From the NCBI GenBank assembly GCA_047495785.1, contig JBLDXI010000003.1:2480001-2544000 (forward strand): 64,000 nucleotides of DNA. Direction: 5' to 3'. Each line of letters opens with the position of its first letter. The stretch's first letter is position 1. Source of the stretch: Lepidodermella squamata. Taxonomy: Eukaryota > Animalia > Gastrotricha. Position numbers and translations under genes: made by a program. This document shows positions 22,928-35,245 of the stretch, piece after piece. The notes beneath the pieces were generated by a model. That model was not told where the DNA came from. It saw only the letters and a program-made list of their open reading frames with translations, and made no database searches.

Positions 22928-25900
22928 TTAATGGCGCCAATCAACGTTATCGATGTCAATTCGATTCGGATCGAGCGTTGTAGATACAGCCGAATCGATC
23001 ATTTCACCACTGTTTCGCTTCGATTTCAACGCTGCTTTGAGGAAATCAGCAATCGCCCGGCGTTCAGGCTTCAAAGACGCGAGAGAAATCGCGCTAAAGC
23101 CATCACTGTTGACCAGCAGCAAATCCGCACCGCGTTCAATTAGCAATTTAACAACTTCGAAGCGGTCACGGATGACTGCGCGAATTAGGGCTGTGTCACC
23201 CTGTTGCGGCAGGCCACTTTGCGCATCAATTGCGACGCCATTGTCGAGAAAAAACCGAACCGAGTTAACATTACCAGCCTCAGCCGCGATCATGAGCAGC
23301 GTTTTACCGAAAAATGTGCAGTTAACATCGGCGCCGTTTTTCAGCAGTAACTCCAGAATTCCAACACTTCGATTCGCCACAACAGCCCGGATTAAAGCCG
23401 GAGTTGCTTCGAAATTCTTTTCGCCCTTGATAAGAGTTTCAAGAACCGACCTAGCTGATTTCGGTTCAGGGTTCTTGTTACCCGAAGCTAGAGCTAATAC
23501 ATTTTCGCCGTACAAGTTAACCGGGTCGAGTTTCGCCCCCTTTTCCAGCAGCAATTTCACGATCTCGAAATGTCCCTCGATAACAGCTCGCATCAACCCG
23601 GTTTCTCGGGACAAAATATCGAATGCGTTGATATCAGCGCCGTTTTTCAGAAGAATTCGGACAGATTCGACGCAGCCTTTCGAAGCCGCGATCACCAGAG
23701 CGTGGCGGCCGAATTTCGTCCTCCAATTAGGATTCGCGCCATTCTCCAGCAATTTGTCAACAATTTTCGAGCTATTCCTGTCTAATGCGTTGAAAAATGC
23801 CGATGTTGAGACTGAGGCGCCTTTTTCTAGCAACTTTTCAACAATTTCTTCGCGGCCGTTGATCGCAGCGATTTCCAACGCTGTAGTGCCGAGTTTGCTC
23901 TTCGCATTAATTTCATCTTTATTCGGCAATTTTTCGAGGATGGCTGATATTATTTTCACCGGTGTGGATGAATCATTTACGGCGTGCATAAGAACAGTGA
24001 CGCCTTTGTTGTCGGTCGAGGTGCAGCTAGCGCCCTGGGTGATTAGAAAATCTACGACCACAGGGCAGGGTGCGTGAATTGCCGTTATCAGCGGCGTGAA
24101 ACCATGACAATTCTTCGCGTCGATGCTTGCACTGTTCTGGAGTAGAAATTTGAAGAGCTCCATGTTGCAAGTGCGAGCGGCCGTATGCAAAGGCGTATTC
24201 AAGCAGATATCGCCTTGAATAGAAATTAAGAAATTAAAAAAATAAATTATTTAAAAAAGTGAATAATTTTTGAAAATTTCTTTGCACATTTTTTTATCAA
24301 TTACTGAAATATTGCCACACAAAAAAATCAACTAATTGGGCGCTGATGCGAATCGATTTTTTTCATATTCAATTGCGCATTAGTTCGGGGTATAAAATCA
24401 GATTGAAATCGCTCACTTACCATCACCCTAAATTTTGAATTTTAAATATTTTGAATAAAACAATTTTCGCTCAAAAAATGCGCTTCTCCCTCGCTATCGC
24501 TGCCGTTGTTCTGTTGGGCATTGGTAAGGCTAGATTTATGAACTGGTTCAAAGAAATTAATTACACAATTTTCCAGCTTATGCCAATGCCACGGTCTACA
24601 AATTCGAGTCTAAAGAGCTGAACCGCCGTTACTCGAAGAAGACCAGCCTCTCAGTCAGCCGGTCCTACGAGAACAATGCGGCCTTCGCCAAGAAGGCAGT
24701 CTACGCCCCGAAAAAATTCGGCCGCAAGATGAACAAGCGCCGCGGATCCTACTCCAAGTCGGTGTCCAAGTCTGTTTCCTACTCGAGGTCTGCTTCGTAC
24801 TCGGGCAACCGTTGGGGCAAGAACAACAAGCGATTCGGAGGCCGCCGATACGGAAACAAGCGTCACGGTCGCGGCCGGAAGGGCGGCAAATTCGGCAACA
24901 AGTTCGGCTACAACTTCAACCGAAAGGGCAACAAAAAGGTCTCGTACTCGTACAGCAAGTCTGTCAGCGCCTCCAACTAAACTCAAATTTGAGCTTTCAA
25001 AGGACTCAAAATAATCTTTTGCATTGAAATTGGTTTTGAATAAATGAATGTTCGAAATGAAAATATTATTATGTTTGAATTTCACACAAAACTGGAATTC
25101 ATTTATTCAAGTGAATAATTTCTGTGCTATTTAAAATGTTTTACCAAATTGTCTTACCTTGATTAACATCGACTCCGGCATCCAGAAGCAGGTCAACAAC
25201 TTCGATAGAAGGCTCTCCCAAGTTACAGGCAGCCAACAGAACTCCGTAACCTTCTGAATTAACAGCATTCACATCAACCGAGCGATCCAACAGTAATCGA
25301 ACCATTCGAGCGTGACCATTAACAGCTGCTAAAACCAACGCATTGTTTCCCATCGCATCGGTCAAATTCACATTGGCACCGTTGTCTAGCAAATACCCGG
25401 CTATTTCAACATGGTTATTTTCAGCAGCGTGATGCAACGCGGTTTTCCCCTCAAAATCAGCCTGCCCCGAATCGGCCCGACTTTCGACTAGAGACCGCAC
25501 AATATCGATATTGCACGCGAGAACAGCTTCTTTCAGCGCAGATGAGCCGTGAAAATTCGGTAAATTTACGTCGATTTTCGTATTTTCTAGTAGCAAATAA
25601 CTAGCAATTTCGGTCCGGTTGTTGAGGACAGCTTTCAATAGCGCAGTTGAGCCGAAATCGTCTTTCGCGAGATTCACGTCGATTTTCAGGTCTTCAACTA
25701 GAAATTGGACGATTTTACTTTGACCTCGTTCGGTAGCCAGTTGAAGGGCGTAACTCGCGAGGCTTGGAAATTCTGCCTCATGGACTTGGCTGAAAATTTC
25801 CTTGATAGTGCGAGTAGCTAGATCAGAGTTCCACAACATGATTGTTTGCATTATTTGAGGGGTAATCTATGTGAAAACGAAAATCATAAAAAAAATCCAG

Positions 25901-26235
25901 CTTAAAATGATTTTTTCTCACCCTGCGGCATCGGGCGTTGAATTTCCAAGTGCCGTCATTTTGGCAAATGATCATCGGCTTCGGGTATCGATAGCTCATG
26001 TAAAAGCCTTTATTACACGAGGCTTTCCTAACAGCGCCGATTTCTGACGTTCCATCAGCTATAACACCATCAGTCAAAATCAATTCATTGCCAGAGCAGC
26101 CTTCTAAATTTCAGTAAAAAATTATGAATCCTGAATTACTATGAATCCTGTACTGCCAAATTCTTCACCTTTTGTCGAAATGGCCGCGTGAGCAAAACAA
26201 AGAATTATGGTGGCTATTGAACAGTGATTCAGCAT
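22928..26235 (-). CDS. Signal peptide + Sushi/CCP-like domain + ~17 ankyrin repeats (~750 aa); exons 26235-26169, 26103-25922, 25866-25158, 24213-22928
   Basis: All three GT-AG junctions preserve frame; the last reconstitutes the ankyrin DVNQG|DICLNTPLH. Sushi pattern C..C(NKGF)..C(QNDGTW)..C. Confidence 0.8.
24478..24980 (+). CDS. Secreted basic Ser/Gly/Lys/Arg-rich block protein, copy 4 (149 aa); exons 24478-24523, 24577-24980; nested in an intron of the ankyrin gene
   Basis: 46-nt signal exon, 53-nt intron, TATAAAA at ~24391, AATAAA at ~25039. Confidence 0.93.
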
Positions 26236-26934
26236 CTCAGTGTTGAAGAATTAACAAAAATGAACATTTATAGGCGTGAGACTTCAAGTTGAAAATTCAG
26301 CTGCGAGTTAAGTCTCGTGTTCAGCTGGCGTAACGAGTCTCAGATGAAACATGTGACGCATGGCTCCGCAAGTCTGAGACCCACGCGAAAGCGTCATTTC
26401 AGCACCTGTTTTCTCGCCTTTTTTAATTTTTCTTCACAATCAAAATTAGAGTTGACATTAATTTTATTAATTTTTCAATTATTGCTATGCAAAATCCAGG
26501 TACAATGTAAGCTCTGTAAACAACATCCTAGAACATTTGAGGATCAGTGTTAATTTATAAATCAGTGAATGAAACTGCTGATATCGCCATAGAATTCAAA
26601 TTTACACGAGATTCGAAAGGAAGCTAAAATTGCCGTCTACCTAGGATCTAAATATATAATGAGCAATCCTGTAATATCGTTAGCGACGCGCCAAAACAAT
26701 CACTTTGATGACTCATTCGATTGTACTTTGACGAGCCAAACGTAAAGAAGGAGTACGTTCGGCTTATTTGAGCATTGATCGTACTTATCGTACATAGCAA
26801 GGTGGTTATTTTGGCGCGTCGCTAACGATGTGTAATTATTACTGTCTGAACTAAACTTTTGAAGTTTGCCTTGTGAGAGATTAGACATAATATTAGACTG
26901 GCATGAGTTTATTTCGATTTATTCATTGTCGCAA

Positions 26935-28222
26935 TTATTTTGAGCGCCTATTTTCCACCGAATGGCTAAGCTCACTACCTCGCCAAACCGCAAGCAGCCA
27001 TCCAACTCGTTTCGATTCGTCTTGGACCTTTGGCAAAGAGAAGACAGGACGTTCAGCTGCATCATATTCTAGATTCAACTCAAAGATGCGCAACCAACGT
27101 GCATACGCTCTCTTATTTTCGTGATCGAATGCTGCATAGGTTGGACCAGTGGTCGCTGCGACTGCATAATAGCGAATCCTGTTTTCTCTCATGCACCAGG
27201 CCTGAGTTTTTACCGCGAAAGGAATATTAATTCTGAACAGTGCATTTTTTGGTAAATGTATAGCCATCCATTCAATAGGTAAGCCGTGGTGATTTTGCTG
27301 CAAGTTGAGACACGCACCGTAGATCACTGAAACACGTCCACCAGTACTTATTGGCAGTTGGCTATCATCAATCTTGATTATAGCGGATTTTCCAATGTCG
27401 ATCTTCTCATACAGCAACCGATTGTCAACGTAGTCCTTGAATACATTCTCAAGAGGCTTTAGAAAGTTTGGATGAGGCTTGTCGTACGGTGCTTCCAAGC
27501 AAATACTCAGAGAATAGGGTTCATTTTCGAAGCAAAAACGCGTGACAGATAGATCGTTGACCATGTTAAAGTAGCTTATTGCGCGAGCATCTTCCATTTC
27601 ACCTGAATTAAAGAGAGCCGATCGCAAACATCCTTGTAACGCGATGTTGTTTTCGAATCTTCGGAGAGAGCCATCTATAAACTCACTTCGCCGCAGTTCT
27701 TGAGGAATGCTAATACGATGGCTCCGTACGTCCGGTAGCGGCATTGAAGTTGAGCTAAGTTGGCTGATATCCACCAGTATGTTGTTATGTTTGCCTCTAT
27801 ATTTTGTCATCTCTCTGACAAATACCACAACCTCCTCGTTACTATGAAATTTGATAGCCATGGTCATGCGATCCATGCCAGGGGACTTATAATCAGCCCA
27901 GGCTTCCAATAGCAGAATCGATGAACCACTAACGAGCCTCATGCCAGAGTTGTCGCACAGCATGAACAGTAGTTTTATGGGTTTGACACCAATGAATCGA
28001 AAGTAGTTGCCAGCACTGTTTTTCAACACCATGTAATCAGCTTTTTCGGCATCGTGAATCAGAGGCTTTCGTAAGTTTGGGGGTAATAAAGTGCCTGGGA
28101 TCGCCGGTTCGAATGAAACCCAACGGATTGTTGATGTAACAACAGCCTGTAGTCAATGAAAAATGACGATGAAAGCCGAATTTCGCCAATCAACTTACCT
28201 CAGTTATAAAATCCCTGTTCAT
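26935..28222 (-). CDS. Uncharacterised protein (~411 aa); exons 28222-28199, 28146-26935
   Basis: MNRDFITE|GTAAG micro-exon splices in frame to the long ORF; C-terminal half is homologous to the interrupted gene at 32827-37275. Confidence 0.75.
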
Positions 28223-28398
28223 TGTTAGTTATTGATGACATGTTGATAATGTGACGTTTTTTCGAAAAATAATTTTGAGGAAGATTTTTCATTATTCTTG
28301 ACCAAATAAACAAATGAATTAGTTGTATTTTTCGTCCTCCTTGGGCATGAAAATGTGATTTTAATATTAAGAGTAGAAAATGCCTTACCCATGAGGGT

Positions 28399-28740
28399 TT
28401 AGGGGACGGTTGACGACAGGCGATCGGCTACAGGGGCCGACAGATCGGTCGCGAACAACCTGCTTTTGCCCAAAAATTCATAATTCTCGATGCTATTACA
28501 CACTAATTGCCATTCATCCATATCCCTGGCAGTTATTTGCGCTAATTCTAGATCCACAATTTTGTGAATTTCAGTGCGTCGCATCGACAAGGTTGACTTA
28601 TGAGGTCTCCCGCGTCTAACAGGCTCATTTGGGTTTTTAACATCTTCCACTTGAATTTCGAACAAACCAATTTTAAGAAGACTCTTTTTCAAGCTATCGG
28701 TCCAGCGGGTTGGCGGTTTACCGCGAGGCAAGCACCAACT
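28399..28740 (-). mobile_element. Degraded RTE-like retrotransposon C-terminal fragment
   Basis: RGKPPTRWTDSLKKSL resembles the RGRP..RW.D motif at the C-terminus of RTE ORFs; no RT core recognised. Confidence 0.4.
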
Positions 28741-29539
28741 CGGGTCGACCGCTCTCCAATATTTTTCCTCAGGGGATTTTATATTTTCATGTTCTCCAAA
28801 ATAAATCTGTCCTTATGCGATAGTCGAGGTCACACTTCCATTGTGACGCAAAACTTGCGTCTCAAGAAAAATAAGAAATTGGAAAACCGGCTCTCATTTT
28901 CCGCCCGCTGTCCTGATTTCTTAGCGAAATCATCCTTTAGTCTTTAGTTACCAAAATTGAACCTGTAAGACCAATTTCAGCTGGCTATGCTATTGTGGGA
29001 TTCAATCTTAAGGCACAAAGGTTGCTTCACCTGTTTCTAAGAACTGTAAACCTTGCTCATGTCGTATAAAACTGAAGGAATTCCTTGATATCGCAGGCTT
29101 TTATCTTTCCGGGTCATTTCTTCTATCCTGATTTGAAAGCGCGAAATATCCCATGGCGCCACGAATAATGAATATAGGACACACTCCAGCATCGTTTATG
29201 AGGCAGATCAATATCAATGAATGGCGATGATGGTATGAAAATGTGCTACAATAAGTGGCCAGGGAATTCCAAGCCCCTTCAAGAACACTCCTAAGTTAAA
29301 TTATATCGTTTTTATAAAAATGGCGCTTCCGCTTCCCATTTTTTCATATTCACGGTTGTGTACTATCTATTTTATATTACTTCACACTCGATTTAACTAT
29401 TTGAACGTATATCGCTGAGTCAAATTTACGAATAAAACTAAATTTGACTTGAAATAACATGGAGCGGTCCAAAGTCAGTCGACTCTACGGCCCAGTTAAC
29501 GCATGGGTCGCCACAATTCCGAGTCCAAGTCCTCGTAAA

Positions 29540-30013
29540 ATGGCAATATTGGCATTTGTAGGAATCGTCACATATGCAGTGGTTCTAGCGTCCTCACCAG
29601 GTATAAAACAGCGCGAATGCGCAATATTTCGAGCCCACATGTTGTCTTTACAGAGGAGGTTATTGCATTCGACTGCTTCACCGGGGTGTCAAACGATTCA
29701 AGCCCAACGAATTTCTCGAAATGCAATACCGTAAACCTTTGCAAGGTAAGCGCGAACACAGTTCAGCTTGGAGTCATTTTATGTATTTTGGCTATAGAAA
29801 ATAGTTGTGATAACGAAAGCTGGCAGGTTAACGACGAAAGCTTGCGTACCGAGCTGCTACGACGGGAGGACGTGTGACAATAGCCAAACTTGCAATGAAT
29901 ATTACTGTTGCAAAGGTGAACTTTGTAATTCCTCCAATCAACTTCAAATGAACGCTTCGACGATACCGAATTTAATCTTATTAATAGCCGCCCTAATATT
30001 CTCGTTAACTTGA
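29540..30013 (+). CDS. Ly6/uPAR (three-finger) protein, probably GPI-anchored; exons 29540-29600, 29654-29745, 29798-30013
   Basis: Signal peptide, 10 Cys, terminal CCKGELCN, hydrophobic C-terminal tail. Confidence 0.88.
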
Positions 30014-30593
30014 CAGTGGCATGGCATGATGATGCGAGTGAAGAGTTTATTCAGTTTGAGACAGTAAACAATTTTGTTTATTTTTAGTAGCAATTCATAC
30101 GAGAACCAGAGAAAGCCGCAAGGAATTCAGTTCGAATATCATTTTTTTCGATGAATCTCATTTCTATGAATTCCCTATGAAATTTATACAGGCTTCGTGA
30201 TCAAAATTTGTTCTCGCGTACCATCGCGCACGACCAATGGCGGCCGCGAATAATTTGTTTGCATTCCATTTTACGTGATTTGCTCATTGATTAGATAAGC
30301 AAAAGGCTTTTCTGTAGCCAAAATTATCAATTGGGGAGTTTCTGGAGGTCAATGACCTTGAATGTACAAAATGGCCTAGCATAAAAAATGAATGTTAGAT
30401 CAGCCCACCTCTGTTGCAACGTTAGTGATATCAACGTGTTCTTAGCATGTGCGCCACAAGAGAACTCGACGCAAAATTCCGTTCTCAGGATTTCATTTTA
30501 CTGTATTTACCCTTTGATAAGGGTTTTTCTCACGGCTAAGTACAAAAAAGGAAACAACATATGTCGGTTTCCAGAAGTTACCATTCTTCGAAA

Positions 30594-32442
30594 ATGAAGA
30601 AAATGATTCTGGGTCTAGTTGTTGTTGCGTGCTCGATAGATTTTATCTACGGATCCTGTGCCATTCCGAAGCGAGAAAATGGCATCGTATTTCTTACAGA
30701 CTCTTCTGCGGTCGACGTTGCCCCGGTTGGGACTGGATTAGGCCTGCAATGCAAGGACGGCTTCTCTGCTTCCGAATTTTGCGGTGTTTTAGTACAGACA
30801 TGCATGGCTGACGGATCTTGGTATCCGCCTGGGCTTGCTACCTGCGAAAAGAGCTGTGGTAATCCTGGCAAGGTGGAAAACGGCGACATTTCGGTGACAA
30901 CTACAACAATCGGCAGTGAGCTGGTTGTCACTTGCAAGCCTGGCTACGTTGTCAACGGTTCATCTACGATCCATTGTGGGAAGGACTTGAAATGGACTTC
31001 CGCCGGGAGTTGCGTTCCAGTTTGCTCAGGTCCTTTACCGACCATCGACAATGGCTTTTTTCCCCATAGCGATTGCCCGCCATTTGTCGGCAGCCATCAA
31101 TTGATTGTATGCAAGGACGGCTATGAACTTGTCGGATCAAACGTTGTTTTTTGCCAAGCCGATGGTACATGGCAAGTTACGAAGGCTTATTGCAGGCCGA
31201 AGGAAGGCGGATCGGATTCGGGCTCGAAGCCGGTTGAAAGCCTACAAAAAGATGGGGTAAGCTATTCTCAGAAATCTTAACTAACGCTCAATGTCAGCTA
31301 TTCTCTTTAGTATTGGAATCGACCATCAAACGGAAATTCGGAGTTCCAAACGATATACTCTAGCAGCGACGTTGCGGTGAAGGGTGTTTATGTGGCCACC
31401 CTTCGGAAGCCGAAAACTCGTCTACAGCCTCGCAGCTCAGCCCACAAAACTCACGTCATTTCTCGGGACGAGATTAAGAGCAAAATTCTCCTCTACGTAA
31501 ATACTGAATTAATGGCATTCAGGCTTCCAGAACCGCCGAAAAAGTCTACCAGAAGCATTTACGGGGACTGGCTCATCGACATGATGGAGCGAACCCCCAT
31601 GTGGAAACTCAAAATCATACCTCCAGACCTTGACCCTAAATCTGCGATAGTAGGCTGTAGCTATGACGATGCAAGCGGCAGGCTTTTTGTGTCGTATGCT
31701 ACGGAAACCATTTATTATGCGGACTTGGAACCTTTGCTATCAGGACAGGGCGCTGATAATGTGACTCTTGAGGTTTTTGTCAAATCGGCGAGTCGTAAGT
31801 GCATCGACCTCCACGCAGATCCTGAGTTGAACTATCTGTGGTGTTCGAATTCAGGAGACGCGATTGCGTTCTCTCTGATTGACGGATCGTCCTTTCCGGA
31901 TACCCTTCAATACAGGATCAATAACCCGGCCGGAGTCAGTGTCAGCGCAGTCAATTCATTGACAACTAACAATCATTACGGAGAGTCAGGAGATGATAAA
32001 ATCGCGCTGCTTGCTGACCAGGGCAACCTCCACTTATTTAGACAGGGTTTAACTGGTCGCTATGAGTTCGTACGGTCGTCAGAACATTGCAACAGCGCAT
32101 TCGCACCTAAAATTGATCAGTTCGGTAATACAATTGTCGGATGTCGCGTGGCAAATGACGCCGGCCTGCTTGATGTAGGGTGTTGATGAAGATTATGTTT
32201 CGTTAATATAATGTTTACATCCTTAGATTTTCCCGGTTTCGAACTCGACACAAGAAACATGGAAGAAAAGCTACGAGGTATATTTGCCGACACTTTTTGT
32301 CCGGGCTATTGAAGTGTTCACAATCAACGACGTCGACTACTGCTCGACAGCTATTTTCCTCGGCACCATAGACTTCAAGGGTCGCCCTTACAGTTATTTG
32401 GTCGCTAAATCATTCGACTGTGACAATATGCCCTCAAAGTAG
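30594..32442 (+). CDS. Secreted protein with 3 Sushi/CCP domains and a beta-rich (propeller-like) C-terminal region; exons 30594-31256, 31311-32174, 32227-32442
   Basis: Signal peptide MKKMILGLVVV, three C..NG..C..G[FY]..C...G.W..C modules; phase-0 introns join the ORFs in frame. Confidence 0.82.
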
Positions 32443-33501
32443 AGACTGCCTGCTGTATCTGGCCCATGCCTTTGTGAGGCTCAGGGCGATCAATCTACGA
32501 TTCGCCTTTAAACTGACAGAGTTACTGCAGGGAGAAATTTGTCACGCATAAAGTAAACATTATATAATGGCATTGGAAAAAAGTTGCTTTAGTTTTCGTT
32601 GGGAAACTCGGAAACTAATAATTTGACGGAAAACTGCTGTCCTTCCTAACAGTTTGATTTTCTGTTCCAGCCTCTATTTGCTCCATCCGTTAATTGTCTA
32701 TAATAAGTTTAACTTTGCCGAAAGAATCTAAACAACTGAAAAATGGGAGGTTGCCAATTTTTCCATACCGGATATCACAGATTTTATTGAACCTTTCATT
32801 TTCAGAATTTTCAGATTTTTTCACTCTTACGATGATTTTGCATTGTGTCGCGTTTCAAGTGGCTGAAAATGTCTGAAGGCAAAAGCCCAGAAGACTCCGT
32901 AACCGTTCTGAACATTCTCATTTACGGTCATTTCATTTGTTGCATCATCCATCGTGAGCTTGAAGAAGCGCAGCCATATGCCTTGAACTTTCGCCGGTCG
33001 ATCAGTATCCAAATCAATCTCAATTTCCGTCTTTTCCGCCGCTGTTGTCGCCATAACCAAGGGGCTTACGCTCCTCGATGACAGAAACCAGCCCTGTGTA
33101 TTGAATTTGCTTACACTATGTTTCTTTTTGCGGAAAGCCGACAGTGGCACATGAGCGATCACCCATTCGATTGGCTGGAGGCGGCGTAGAATCGCACAGA
33201 ATATTGTCGCAACCTCGCCACCTGTACTCCAGCGTTTAACACTTTAAGTGCCCAAATTACACCAAAAAGAACCCTGACTTTCGAAACTAAGTTCCGGTAG
33301 AACTTGACGAAACGTAGTACCGTTATATTTATTCGTAACTTTTTATCGTTCACTTCTTTCGAAACTTATAACCTTGAGTGCCGGAATAAAGTACCGAAAT
33401 GCGAACACTTTTATTGCCTCAATAACCAAGATAAGTTTAAATAAAAGCTGAATGAGCATCCTGCTGAACAAAATCACTGATAGAATAGCGAATAGCCCAA
33501 T

Positions 33502-34996
33502 TCATAACCGGGTTAAGCCAGCGATGATCTTTTTTCGCACATCTCGAATCGATACATCCATAAATCGATCCATTTTTCGTAACAGGCACCAAGTGTTGAC
33601 AACGGCGTTATTTAGGAGTAATTCCACGGCTACCTTGAGTTCCCACCTTCTCGATTTTCGTAGCGCTGAATGATAGGACAACATTTGATCTTCCTTGTCA
33701 ACGCCAACCTTGCACAAGTTGTAGTCGATGACTGCTTTAGGGAGTAATTTGGGGAAGCGATTTCGCTTGGAGTGTGACACGGCTTTGCGATTTTTGTGGA
33801 ACGTTGTCAAGAACATGACTTCGCGTCGATCGAAAAAGCGAAAGATCAGAGTTCCATCGTCATCGGTGGCAGCCAGGAAGCCCCCTTTTTGGAGGTTTCG
33901 TTGAACAACTTCGGGCGGATTGCCATCCCTATTTTTCTTCAAGGTTCCCACCAAATGTGTTCGTCTTTCTCGCAGTTCACGAGCGAGGTAGTATGAGGTG
34001 AAGTAGTTGTCGGTAAAAAGAATGTGACCTATTCAGGAAAAAAAGGTGGCTACTTGAGGTTCTCTGACGGCCTAATCAATTTTAGTTGCGAACTTTAAAT
34101 CAACTCGGAAGTGCGATGATCTCGCATAAATAAAAAAATACTAGTGGTTCCGCAGTAAAAAAGTATTGAATCAAACATGTTCTATAAATTTGCTTATTTC
34201 TATGGAAAATCTAGAATAATCCATCAGTAAAGTACCTCGGTCCAAGTTATCACGCATGAGTCGCAAGGAAAGGTTCGCAGTGGCATGTTCCTCAGGCCTT
34301 TTGCCGGTGAAAACTTCGAACCGGTAACAATATCCAGTAGCATCACAAAGGCGATAAATTTTTATCCCATATTTGTGCCTCTTCGACTTGTTGAATTGTT
34401 TGAATGCTAATTTTCCTCGGAAGTTCATCACCGATTCGTCGATGACAAGGCAGCGCAGCGGTGATCGTAACAGGGAAAATCGCTTATTCAGCCGACGAAC
34501 CAGAGCTTGAAGGGGTGCCAGCCGGTGACGTTCAAGGCGTCTCTGCGTAATATTCGGAGGGTTAAAACAAATAGCCCTGGAAAGCAGCTGGAAACGATTT
34601 CGGGACATAAACCTTGGACCAGGACGTCGGCGGGACCAATAGTCCACGATAGTAGAGCCATGTTCGAACCCCATCTCCATAATAATGCCGAAATAGCCCG
34701 CAATTTCACGCGCATTGGTTCTACGCCATCGAGCTCTTCCTAATTGAATTAATAATGCAATTTGGAGGCGAGTTTTATCGGAAAACCTAACGGGTGGAAG
34801 GATTTGAGAAGATGAAGCGGTTCTGGGAAGCGAATTCATTAGTCCACGTGGCGATGTCAGCAAACAGTTTTTTAGCTTGTATCATTTTGAGATAGAGTTC
34901 GAATGCGTCGGCACAAAGAGGACGCTGCTCACGCGGTTGGAAGTGAAATCTTTCAGGCTTGAATGACTGATAAGCTAATCGCCAAACTGGGGCCAT
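33502..34996 (-). CDS. piggyBac transposase with two introns (~34790-34740, 34215-34029)
   Basis: LVIDES, KRHKYGIK, G|HILFTDNYFTS, VGTLKKNR, YN..KVGVDKEDQ; DDD triad present. Start codon tentative. Confidence 0.85.
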
Positions 34997-35245
34997 AGTT
35001 TGGCAAGAAGATCCAGCTAGCAACAGCCTTGGGATTAGATCCAGCTATCAAAATCAAATCGAGCACTCATTCATTGAAATGGCTATTATCCTAGTAATTA
35101 TGGCACATCAAGCACCAGAGTTTGGTTCGAGTCAAACCTCAATTAAATTAGAATGGCATTTCGATGCGTAGTATTGAGTTTTGATTTAGAGCAGAGAAAT
35201 CGATTCTCAACCATCAAAGTTTTTCAAATAAAATTGTCTACAATC

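Noticed and set aside
22953-24077. 374-aa plus-strand ORF
   Set aside because: Exact antisense shadow of the ankyrin exon; no domain features
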